Counted from the first letter of the stretch, positions 1 to 7,579 are shown. The stretch is 21,308 bases of DNA from a virus (IMGVR_UViG_3300007747_000074:1-21308), one strand, 5' to 3'. A program made the numbers and translations. The notes: generated from the letters alone by a model not told the origin.

Positions 1-86
1 AAAAAGCTTATTATGCTTCCATCGGAAACGATGATCTGGCAGCCTGAGTTCACAGATAAAATACTCTCCAGGAAACCCGGGGCGGT

Positions 87-701
87 TCACACCGTGTGAC
101 GTTCTGCCGCACACAGGAGGAATTTCTCAATATCAGGCTCAAGGGACGCCGAACGTATCCGGCTGATCAGCTCCTGAGTTTTCGTATCGTCGTACAGTTC
201 ACTGATATCCGGTTTACCGCCCGACGGCTCATAAACAGGCGTATCAATTTTCGTCGTATACGGCTCCTCCTCATTTCCTGTACCGGGCAAAACATCCGTC
301 AACAGTTCATCAATTTCTGTCGGGATGAAGCCTGTCAGGGAGACATCAAAATCAGCATTGATTAGGTCCGACAGCTCCATCCGCAACAGATCTTCATCCC
401 AGCCAGCATTCATCGGCAGGCGATTATCTGCCAGGCGGTACGCCTTTTTCTGCTCATCCGTCAGGCCAGACAGAACAATGACCGGAACAGAATCCATTTT
501 GAGCATTTCAGCCGCCATAACACGACCGTGACCCGCAATAATTTCGCCCTTTTCGTCAATCAGCACCGGATTAGTCCAGCCGAATTGCTTAATACTTTCT
601 ACCAGTTGTGCCACCTGCTCAGTACTGTGCGTCCTGGCGTTGTGCGCATACGGTGACAATTCTTGTAATGGGCGATAGACTATCTTTAATTTCTCGCTCA
701 T
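87..701 (-). CDS. ParB-like nuclease domain protein (positional equivalent of the Rac gene downstream of trkG)
   Basis: 204-aa ORF; N-terminal half has ParB/sulfiredoxin-like motifs (..VLIDEKGEIIAGHGRVMAA.. and ..YRLADNRL..); weak SD (aagg) upstream of ATG at 701; sits directly downstream of trkG on the same strand. Confidence 0.65.
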   Translation of the reverse strand: MSEKLKIVYRPLQELSPYAHNARTHSTEQVAQLVESIKQFGWTNPVLIDEKGEIIAGHGRVMAAEMLKMDSVPVIVLSGLTDEQKKAYRLADNRLPMNAGWDEDLLRMELSDLINADFDVSLTGFIPTEIDELLTDVLPGTGNEEEPYTTKIDTPVYEPSGGKPDISELYDDTKTQELISRIRSASLEPDIEKFLLCAAERHTV

Positions 702-838
702 ACAGCCTTGCTTTATGAATAAAACGCACCCCAGCAGCCAGTGCTACTGGGGACGGAGGTGTTGCTGGTAAAGTTAGGTATTGGATCAATGAGTGAGTCA
801 ACATAATATTAAACTCACAATTATAAATCAGCCATATA

Positions 839-2296
839 TTAGGAGCGCCAAAAAAAACCTGAAAACAATATAATAACAGGATAAATTTCAAGGCGACCAA
901 GAATCATAGCTATGCACATTAAACATTTTGCAATGTCATTAAGCACTCCGAATGACGATGCAGTAGCCCCAAAACCTAATCCCATATTATTAATACATGC
1001 AGCCACTGTTGCAAATGATGTAAGAAAATCATATCCCATACCATTTAACACCAGTATAAAAAACACCGTGAAGAGAGTATAAAGAAAAAAGAAACTCCAT
1101 ACAGACCTCATTACACGATCTGTAACTATCTTCCCTCCTACATTTACACTCAACAACGCTCTGGGATGAGAAAGCTGATTTATCTCGTGTTTGCTTTGTT
1201 TGAAAAGTATAAGAAATCGAAGTGACTTAATTCCACCACAAGTTGAACCTATACATCCCCCAAAGAAACTTGACAACAGCAAAAACACTATCGTGTGCGT
1301 GGGCCAACTTGCATAATCCTGCGTAGCTAAACCATTATCAGTGAGCATGGAGCTGGCAAGAAAAAACGAATGAATAAAACTTCCATGCAAGTCATACATA
1401 CCTATATGCCAGACCTGGAAAGAGGTAACAATGATCACCCCTAAGGCTATTAACAGAAAGAAACGAAGTTCAATATCTCTGATTAAAGGTTTTATCGTTT
1501 TCCTGCTAATAACAATATACCAAAGAGTGAAGTTGAAAGCCGATAGCAGGGAAAAAGAACCAGCCACCAGCTCAACCAAATAGTTATTAAAATATCCGAT
1601 ACTCTCGCTATGAGTTGAGAAACCACCAAGCGAAACTGTGGAAATCCCGTGACAAATAGCATCAAACAAAGGCATTCCTGCAAGTCTATAACAGACAATA
1701 CAAGCAATACCTAATAAAGAATAAGTTATCCACAGTGTCCGTGACGTATCGGCCAGGCGGGGAGTGAGTTTGTCATCCTTAAATGGCCCCGGCATTTCTG
1801 ACTGATAAAGCTTTGCACCACCAATACCCAATAATGGCAATACAGCAACCGCCAGAACAATAACTCCTAAACCACCTATAAAATTTAACTGTGACCGATA
1901 GTACAAATATGCCCGAGGTAATGAACTAACATCATCAATTACAGTTGCTCCTGTTGTTGTTATTCCAGAAACCCCTTCAAACAGAGCATCAATGAACGTT
2001 AAATTAAGTTCTGAGTCAATCCATAAAGGGAATGCACTAATAACAGAAAACAAAATCCAAAACATTACAATTATAATAAACCCATCACGGGTACGTAATT
2101 GAATGCCAGATTTCTTAGTTGTATACCACGCTCCGCCACCAATGCAAAAAAATATAACGAAAGTTATAAAGAAAACGAACAGGCTTTTTTCTTTATAAAA
2201 CAATGCTACAACCATTGGTGGCAACATTGAAAGACTATAGAGCCAAACCAGGAACCCACACATATGAGTAACAACTCTTACATGAGATGTATTCAT
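839..2296 (-). CDS. trkG: Trk-system K+ uptake membrane protein TrkG
   Basis: Long polytopic hydrophobic ORF; translation from Met7 of the 491-aa ORF (MNTSHVRVVTHMCGFLVWLYSL...) matches my recollection of TrkG (485 aa); markedly AT-rich relative to flanks; ORF first ATG is at 2314. Confidence 0.85.
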   Translation of the reverse strand: MNTSHVRVVTHMCGFLVWLYSLSMLPPMVVALFYKEKSLFVFFITFVIFFCIGGGAWYTTKKSGIQLRTRDGFIIIVMFWILFSVISAFPLWIDSELNLTFIDALFEGVSGITTTGATVIDDVSSLPRAYLYYRSQLNFIGGLGVIVLAVAVLPLLGIGGAKLYQSEMPGPFKDDKLTPRLADTSRTLWITYSLLGIACIVCYRLAGMPLFDAICHGISTVSLGGFSTHSESIGYFNNYLVELVAGSFSLLSAFNFTLWYIVISRKTIKPLIRDIELRFFLLIALGVIIVTSFQVWHIGMYDLHGSFIHSFFLASSMLTDNGLATQDYASWPTHTIVFLLLSSFFGGCIGSTCGGIKSLRFLILFKQSKHEINQLSHPRALLSVNVGGKIVTDRVMRSVWSFFFLYTLFTVFFILVLNGMGYDFLTSFATVAACINNMGLGFGATASSFGVLNDIAKCLMCIAMILGRLEIYPVIILFSGFFWRS

Positions 2297-2492
2297 ATCT
2301 AAATATTCTTTCAATTATAACCACCTTGCTGCAATATTATGATTATACTGTATAAAATTTAACTCCTCTTAGATCTTACTTCACTGTTCCTTATGAAACA
2401 ATCATCAAAATGAATCATATTGTAGTTAAGATTTTACTTTAAACACTGCTCGGTTATGTATTGCTGAGCACCTTCAAGTTGGGCCTGCATCA

Positions 2493-2795
2493 TTACCAGT
2501 CGTTCCCGGAGGGTGAAATAATCCCGTTCAGCGGTGTCTGCCAGTCGGGGGGAGGCTGCATTATCCACGCCGGAGGCGGTGGTGGCTTCACGCACTGACC
2601 ATCGAGCGCAGCAACATCACGCTGACGCATCTGCATGTCAGTAATTGCCGCGTTCGCCAGCTTCAGTTCTCTGGCATTTTTGTCGCGCTGTTCTTTGTAG
2701 GCGATGGCGTTATCACGGTAATGATTAACACCCCATGACAGGCAGACGACGATGCAGATAACCAGAGCGGAGATAATCGCGGTTACTCTGCTCAT
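2493..2795 (-). pseudogene. Rz/Rz1 spanin remnant: Rz N-terminus fused in frame to Rz1 C-terminus (rzpR-like)
   Basis: First ~65 aa ([33 protein letters not shown]) resemble lambda Rz, then the frame continues into the proline-rich Rz1-type C-terminus ([30 protein letters not shown]); Rz coiled-coil/C-terminal domain and Rz1 signal peptide/lipobox are absent; 4-nt overlap with the endolysin stop. Confidence 0.7.
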
Positions 2796-3268
2796 ACCTC
2801 AATCTCTCTGACCGTTCCGCCAGCTTCTTTGAATTTTGCAATCAGACTGTCAGCCTTATGCTCGAACTGACCATAACCAGCGCCCGGCAGTGAAGCCCAT
2901 ATATTGCTGCAACGGTCGATAGTCTGACGGATATCACCGCGATCAATCATCGGCAAAGCGCCACGCTCTTTAATCTGCTGCAGCGCTACAGCATCCTGAC
3001 TTTCTGGAGAAAAATCTTTCAGGCCAAGTTGCTTGCGGTAGGCATCCCACCAGCGTGAAAGAAGCTGGTAACGTCCAGCGGCTGTTGATTTGAGTTTCGG
3101 ATTTAGCGTGACAAGTTTGCGGGGGTGATCGGAGTAATCAGTGAACAGTTCGCCACCGACAATAACATCATAACCGTGATTTCTGGTTTTCTGCCGTCCG
3201 TTATCTGTTCCTTCTGACCATGCCACCATATCAAGGAAAGCTTTACGCTGGGAATTAAGTGTCTGCAT
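2792..3268 (-). CDS. Endolysin, lambda R-like lytic transglycosylase
   Basis: 158 aa, near-colinear with lambda R as I recall it (..[81 protein letters not shown]..), including the catalytic-glutamate SEGT context; immediately follows the holin. Confidence 0.85.
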   Translation of the reverse strand: MQTLNSQRKAFLDMVAWSEGTDNGRQKTRNHGYDVIVGGELFTDYSDHPRKLVTLNPKLKSTAAGRYQLLSRWWDAYRKQLGLKDFSPESQDAVALQQIKERGALPMIDRGDIRQTIDRCSNIWASLPGAGYGQFEHKADSLIAKFKEAGGTVREIEV

Positions 3269-3271
3269 TAA

Positions 3272-3622
3272 TTACTCCTTATGGGCACCGAACTTGTTAC
3301 CGATGACCCTCATTGCCGCACCACGAATAGCATCAACACCAATCAGCCCCACCCCACCACCAATGGCAACAGAAAGTGATTTAGGCCATCCGACATACTC
3401 AAGCGCGGATGCAAAGGTCAGCGTCAGAGCACCACAAAGCAGAATCTCAAGCGTTTTTCGTTTCCAGCCGCCGCCACCGCCAAAATAGGCAATGCGCAAA
3501 CCAGCCATAATAATTGACATAACCACTGCACCCAGCGGCGTATCTCCACGCCACCAACTTTGTAAGAGTTCCAGTAAGTCAGGCCAGGAATGAGGGGCAT
3601 TGTGCATTTTCATAAGCCTCAC
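3272..3622 (-). CDS. Holin (lambdoid S-like, possible dual start)
   Basis: 116-aa ORF with hydrophobic helices (AVVMSIIMAGLRIAYF; ILLCGALTLTFASALEYV; VAIGGGVGLIGV) and charged C-terminal tail; N-terminus MRLMKM offers closely spaced Met codons like the lambda S107/S105 dual-start motif; sits directly upstream of the endolysin. Confidence 0.65.
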   Translation of the reverse strand: MRLMKMHNAPHSWPDLLELLQSWWRGDTPLGAVVMSIIMAGLRIAYFGGGGGWKRKTLEILLCGALTLTFASALEYVGWPKSLSVAIGGGVGLIGVDAIRGAAMRVIGNKFGAHKE

Positions 3623-3710
3623 CTCCGAGAGTTCGGATGGTGCTAAGTGTAAGATTCAGGCTCTCAGGCTTGCTAACAAGAAGTCGAGGATGTTTCCAGA
3701 GCCTAACAAC

Positions 3711-3737
3711 GAAAAAGCCCCGGGACATGCCGGGGCC
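3711..3737 (-). terminator. Intrinsic terminator on the - strand, downstream of the moron gene
   Basis: GC stem gccccgg (3717-3723) / ccggggc (3730-3736) with 6-nt loop; on the - strand the stem is followed by TTTTTC (complement of 3711-3716); no T-run on the + strand side. Confidence 0.5.
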
Positions 3738-3830
3738 AGATGGAGTGCCAGATTAAGCTTCTGGCGGTATATACTCGTGTTTGATATCGTTAAATCGCCA
3801 AAAGTAACAATTCAAACAAAGAGGATTTTT

Positions 3831-3992
3831 ATGTCTGAAAAAAACAAACCACAAGGTGAAAATAAACCTCAGCAACCCGTGGCACCAAAACCAACTCCAA
3901 CACAAAGTACTACAGACTTTGCTACACGTCGTGTTTTTGTTGGAGATTCTGCCGACTCAGTCATTGAACATATAAAAAAACAGCCGAGATAA
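3831..3992 (+). CDS. Hypothetical small Pro/Gln-rich protein (53 aa)
   Basis: ATG at 3831 preceded by agagga SD with about 7-nt spacing; translation MSEKNKPQGENKPQQPVAPKPTPTQSTTDFATRRVFVGDSADSVIEHIKKQPR; its 3' end overlaps the convergent moron CDS by 32 nt; low-complexity composition makes coding status uncertain. Confidence 0.25.
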   Translation: MSEKNKPQGENKPQQPVAPKPTPTQSTTDFATRRVFVGDSADSVIEHIKKQPR

Positions 3993-4530
3993 ACATCGCC
4001 GCTACCGGAGCAAGGATGGTATACATCCTTGCTTTATCGAGACTCGTGCGGATTTTCTCATTTTCCAACAGTAACTCTCTTGCTGTATCACTCAAGTCAA
4101 CAAGGCGATACCTTCGTATAAGCGGCAATAACTTATCAGGTCCTAAATATCCTGCATCAGCGAATATTTTAAAGCTCGAGGGCTCCATATCCTTATATTT
4201 TTCATGATATAGATGATCAGGAGGGGCATTGATCAGGCCCCTAACCTTCACAGATAAATCAGTACATACCAAGTAAATGGCGCACCATGTCCATAGTAAT
4301 GTAAATGTGGTAATTCCGGCGGTGAGAAAATCGAAATTAGTTTTCTGTGTCAGCAATAAAAAAGATGAACCAATTCCAACAATCTGAATGTTCAGAAGTT
4401 TGTATCCATTCTCAACATTGGTTTTGTTAGAAAGATGAATCTCTCGTATCGTCTCTTCCCCTTGTTTTTCAAGATAATCGACGAGCTCATCATCTACTCC
4501 TAAAAAATAATCTTTAGGTAGTTCTCTCAT
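3961..4530 (-). CDS. Hypothetical membrane protein, AT-rich moron between Q/tR' and holin
   Basis: 189-aa ORF with strong SD (tggaggtgag) before ATG at 4530; acidic N-terminal ~40 aa, then hydrophobic segments (LLNIQIVGIGSSFLLL; FDFLTAGITTFTLLWTWCAIYLVCT; C-terminal MYTILAPVAAMFISAVFLYVQ); AT-rich versus neighbours; no family recognised. Confidence 0.6.
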   Translation of the reverse strand: MRELPKDYFLGVDDELVDYLEKQGEETIREIHLSNKTNVENGYKLLNIQIVGIGSSFLLLTQKTNFDFLTAGITTFTLLWTWCAIYLVCTDLSVKVRGLINAPPDHLYHEKYKDMEPSSFKIFADAGYLGPDKLLPLIRRYRLVDLSDTARELLLENEKIRTSLDKARMYTILAPVAAMFISAVFLYVQ

Positions 4531-4635
4531 CTCACCTCCACATCCTGTACTGAAAACAATTTTACCAGAATGTCTCGATTCTAGGTATTCCGCCAGGAAT
4601 CGCGCTCCAGAAATGAAACATCAGGTTCACCAGTA

Positions 4636-4668
4636 CCAGAAACAACAAAACCCGCTCAATGGCGGGTT
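4636..4668 (-). terminator. Intrinsic terminator on the - strand, candidate tR' (target of Q antitermination)
   Basis: Stem cccgc (4651-4655) / gcggg (4662-4666), extendable by A-T pairs, loop tcaatg; on the - strand followed by TTTTGTTGTTTCT; lies about 85-115 nt downstream of the Q-like stop, the expected geometry for pR'-tR'. Confidence 0.45.
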
Positions 4669-4751
4669 CTGGTAAAGTTCATGCGCTTGGTTCGCCTCGC
4701 GATACAGCTTTGCGAAGCATACCGGAATTGAAGCAGTTTATGCGTAAAAAA

Positions 4752-5207
4752 TCAAGCTATTTTTTGAGCAAATGATTCTCGCATGGGAATATATAGGGCA
4801 TACTCAGCAACAGCCAACCAATTAGCAATTCGCTTTTCGCATGTGCTAAAACACCACTCAGGATGTGCATCATTTAGCAATTCAGCCATTTTGCGCTTAG
4901 TCATCCCCCGTCCTTCATACCGTTGCCGGAGGACACTAATCAATCCAGGATGCTCTGCCAGCACCTCACTTATGACTCGATCAATACATAACGCCTCTGC
5001 ATCAGTACAATGCGCCAGCCAGCTCTTTTGCTTGCCGTTGATCATCTCTCGCAAAAACGCTTCCAGCTCAGCTTTCTCTATTCCCGCTTTTTTCATTCTG
5101 CGCAGGGCTTCATTGATGGCTGTTTTCGTCAATTTTTTGGATGCCAACAACTGATTGAACATATTTCCTGACCTGCCACCGCCAATATACGACCAGCGCC
5201 CCCACAT
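4752..5207 (-). CDS. Putative late-gene antiterminator (Q-like), start uncertain
   Basis: ORF 4752-5414 (220 aa) overlaps the upstream YbcO-like CDS by 124 nt in another frame, so an internal start (Met70 at 5207, or Met85 at 5162) is more plausible; Cys-containing motifs (HCTDAEALC, EWCFSTCEK); assignment is mainly positional (last gene before tR'/lysis cassette). Confidence 0.4.
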   Translation of the reverse strand: MWGRWSYIGGGRSGNMFNQLLASKKLTKTAINEALRRMKKAGIEKAELEAFLREMINGKQKSWLAHCTDAEALCIDRVISEVLAEHPGLISVLRQRYEGRGMTKRKMAELLNDAHPEWCFSTCEKRIANWLAVAEYALYIPMRESFAQKIA

Positions 5208-5290
5208 ACGCAGTTTGCCCTGAATCCAGACACTTTCCAGCGTGGCGAGACGAAGGTGTTCTCCGCTTTTTCCTGTATTCGTTGGGTAAA

Positions 5291-5581
5291 TCACAAATAT
5301 CCCTCCTTTCTCCAGATTTCTTGTGTGCGAAAAACACCTTCTGCATGCATCAGGCGTAATTCTTCTTTGGTGTAATCGCTGGTTTTTACCCGCCCGTCGA
5401 TTAGATCGTGGCATGAGCTACAGGCAATCGCCGCCTGCATATCGTGTGGTTTTGTCGCTGTTCCGCACGTTCCCGCCAGTCGGTAATGCGCCAGCACAGA
5501 CGTTTCCGGATCGTGATTGCAGTAGCCAGGAATTCTGACGGTGCACATCTGCCCCCGCGCCGCTTTACGTAAATCCACCAT
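5291..5581 (-). CDS. YbcO-like (DUF1364) putative Zn-binding nuclease, nin region
   Basis: 96 aa; MVDLRKAARGQMCTVRIPGYCNHDPETSVLAHYRLAG.CGT.TKP..ACSSCHD resembles DLP12 YbcO as I recall it (same length, conserved Cys/His); start overlaps the upstream gene stop (TAATG). Confidence 0.7.
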   Translation of the reverse strand: MVDLRKAARGQMCTVRIPGYCNHDPETSVLAHYRLAGTCGTATKPHDMQAAIACSSCHDLIDGRVKTSDYTKEELRLMHAEGVFRTQEIWRKEGYL

Positions 5582-6180
5582 TACGCAAACTCCAGCAGCT
5601 GCGCGGTCACATTTTCGACTTGTTCCGGAGAGGAAAATTTACGGAACAGAATCCAGTTCCACAGCACATTCAGAACAGATTTATAAACCTGCTGAAACTC
5701 GGTTTCGTCCATATTCGCAAAAGCGATGGATTTCGCCCGACGCCCATGGCTACCATCAGGATAAAGATGCTCGGTGTAAAATCCGGCCTGAATGGTTACC
5801 CACTCGCGGAAAGCCTCAAACGACTTTAGCAATGCCGTATCCCGGGTTCTGCGTGTCGCAACTGTATTCAGATATTGCTCTGCGGCTTCGCTCAGAGCTG
5901 GCGTATGTTCCCGGCCTACTGATTCACATAGGTAATCAACGAATCCTGAAACCAGCTTTCGTTCGCGAGGCGTGATCGCCCCACCGACCGGAGTCCAGTA
6001 ATCGAATCCCAGTTGCAGGAGTTTGAAAAAACGCTTGTGGAATGCGTAGTTACGCACACGCTTAAAGTCTGCGTGTATCCACTCGCCTATTTTGATTTGA
6101 TGCAAAAAATCGCAACTCTCCGGCGTCGCCGGGAGAAGTAGTCCAGAAGAGGTTTGTTTGACCAGTTGTATATGCGCCAT
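5581..6180 (-). CDS. Phage nin-region protein (DUF1367-like), function unknown
   Basis: 199-aa ORF translationally coupled to the YbcO-like gene; family name recalled from lambdoid prophage nin regions, not verified. Confidence 0.55.
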   Translation of the reverse strand: MAHIQLVKQTSSGLLLPATPESCDFLHQIKIGEWIHADFKRVRNYAFHKRFFKLLQLGFDYWTPVGGAITPRERKLVSGFVDYLCESVGREHTPALSEAAEQYLNTVATRRTRDTALLKSFEAFREWVTIQAGFYTEHLYPDGSHGRRAKSIAFANMDETEFQQVYKSVLNVLWNWILFRKFSSPEQVENVTAQLLEFA

Positions 6181-6458
6181 TTCTCAATCTCTCGATGGCG
6201 CAGTGCAGCAGATGCCAGTTGTTCAGGCTGACGAATAAAGTATAAATAAACTGGCTATGGTGTAAAGCTCCACATAACATGAACAAACACTACATATCAA
6301 ATAGCTGATACAAGGATAGAAATACAACACTTATTATTAAAAACGATTAGATAAATTACATTTTAATGTTATGAAAAAGTTCTTTTTTATCATAACATTT
6401 CAACAAAAGCATTACAGATGCACATCCCGTCATCATCAATTATTTAAGGTGGTTAAAC

Positions 6459-6545
6459 ATGGAAAATAACAACTATGCACATCTCGCTCCTTTTTTATCC
6501 GTAATCCTTTTCGCTGGCTGTTTTATATGGGCATTATTTTTATAA
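6459..6545 (+). CDS. Candidate small hydrophobic peptide (28 aa)
   Basis: ATG at 6459 preceded by strong SD aaggtgg (6446-6452); hand translation MENNNYAHLAPFLSVILFAGCFIWALFL, stop TAA 6543-6545; single predicted TM helix; in an AT-rich non-coding island; upstream hairpin (6365-6399). Confidence 0.35.
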   Translation: MENNNYAHLAPFLSVILFAGCFIWALFL

Positions 6546-6992
6546 AGTAGCCGCATGATTAGTTTCTGGAATCATGTTTCCCACTCAAATCATTAACATT
6601 TGATAAGATATATCTAAAAGGATGCCTTTACATTATTTGATGCGTATATGATTTATTTATATGCACAGTAAAGGCATCCTGGAAATAATCAAGATTAATG
6701 ATATATTGCTTATCTCATCCCCCACTGTCTTTCACCCGGAAAACATTTATCGTTAAAAATATATCATAAGTAATTAAATTGAAATTTCAGAACACAACTA
6801 ATGCACACAATAAGATTCAGTAACAGTAATCTATGCGGACTATATCGAGATTTTTTAGTTAAACTTTAATAAGTTATTCCTAACACACAGAATGCACAAA
6901 CTAAAAGTAAAACAAATAGTTATACGAAAAACAACCATATTGATTCTATCTTCTCCTCTAATCAACATATCAATTATGTGTTTCATAACAGC

Positions 6993-7028
6993 TTGACATA
7001 ACCCTCAAAAAGGTGCATTTATAATGCA
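6993..7028 (+). promoter_or_regulatory. Candidate promoter with NsrR-like inverted repeat overlapping the -10, upstream of the YeaR-like gene
   Basis: Perfect TTGACA (6993-6998) and TATAAT (7020-7025) but 21-bp spacer; inverted repeat TGCATT-tat-AATGCA (7014-7028) resembles the core of the NsrR site (ATGCATTT-N-AAATGCAT) as I recall it. Confidence 0.4.
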
Positions 7029-7047
7029 TGTTTTATGGGAGGTGGTT

Positions 7048-7389
7048 ATGACACACAAGAGAATTCCTAAAGACTGGGTAATCAAACGCTCAACTCCGTT
7101 CTTCACAAAAGAGAACGTACCTTCAGCGTTATTAACACATCATAATACAGCAGCAGGTGTTTTTGGACAGTTATGCGTGATGGAAGGTACTGTAACATAT
7201 TATGGTTTTGCTGATGAGAATGCTACTGAACCGGAGATAAAAGTAGTCATTAATGCTGGCGCTTTTGCAACAAGCCCACCACAATACTGGCACCGTGTTG
7301 AACTAAGCGATGATGCTCAGTTTAATATTAACTTTTGGGTAGCTCCAGACTTCTCAGGCGAAAAAGTCTATACCGCAAAAAAAGAATAG
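7048..7389 (+). CDS. YeaR-like DUF1971 protein (cargo gene)
   Basis: 113 aa from ATG 7048 (SD gggaggtgg at 7037-7045); RSTPFFTKENVPSALL...CVMEGTVTYYGFADENATEP...INAGAFATSPPQYWHRVE..DDAQFNINFWVAPDF parallels E. coli YeaR as I recall it; ORF first ATG is 7024. Confidence 0.7.
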   Translation: MTHKRIPKDWVIKRSTPFFTKENVPSALLTHHNTAAGVFGQLCVMEGTVTYYGFADENATEPEIKVVINAGAFATSPPQYWHRVELSDDAQFNINFWVAPDFSGEKVYTAKKE

Positions 7390-7471
7390 CCACGCTATAA
7401 ATATCTTATTAACTAGTCCCGGCGTGGTTCTTTCCCCGCTGGGTCTTTTACTCAGATTAGTAGTCTACGAA

Positions 7472-7579
7472 TCAGAGCCTCCGTCTGCCAGTTCGGATTC
7501 GTACCTCGCAGAGGTCTTTCCTCGTTACCAGTGCCGTCACTATGACGGTTAAACAGATGACGATCAGGGCGATTAACAT
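7472..7579 (-). pseudogene. hok-family toxin remnant (HokD/RelF-like), degenerate at both ends
   Basis: Hand translation from ATG (complement of 7577-7579): MLIALIVICLTVIVTALVTRKDLCEVRIRTG matches the HokD core, then diverges (GRRRL-stop); the +1 frame continues QTE... suggesting an indel; no HokD-type MKQQKA N-terminus (in-frame stop upstream). Confidence 0.5.

Noticed and set aside
619-900. 93-aa ORF on the - strand spanning the trkG/ParB-like intergenic region
   Set aside because: Overlaps both the 3' end of trkG and the 5' end of the ParB-like gene in other frames; no independent support.
1492-1707. 71-aa ORF on the - strand inside trkG
   Set aside because: Alternative frame within the trkG CDS; no support.
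3294-3488. 64-aa proline-rich ORF on the + strand
   Set aside because: Antisense to the holin CDS; composition reflects the complement of the holin Gly codons.
5110-5346. 78-aa ORF on the - strand within the Q/YbcO overlap region
   Set aside because: Third overlapping frame in the same interval; treated as a by-product of the Q start ambiguity rather than a gene.
6993-7025. Treating TTGACA...TATAAT upstream of the YeaR-like gene as a strong constitutive sigma70 promoter
   Set aside because: The spacer is 21 bp, outside the 16-19 bp range for efficient sigma70 recognition; reported only as a candidate regulated promoter.
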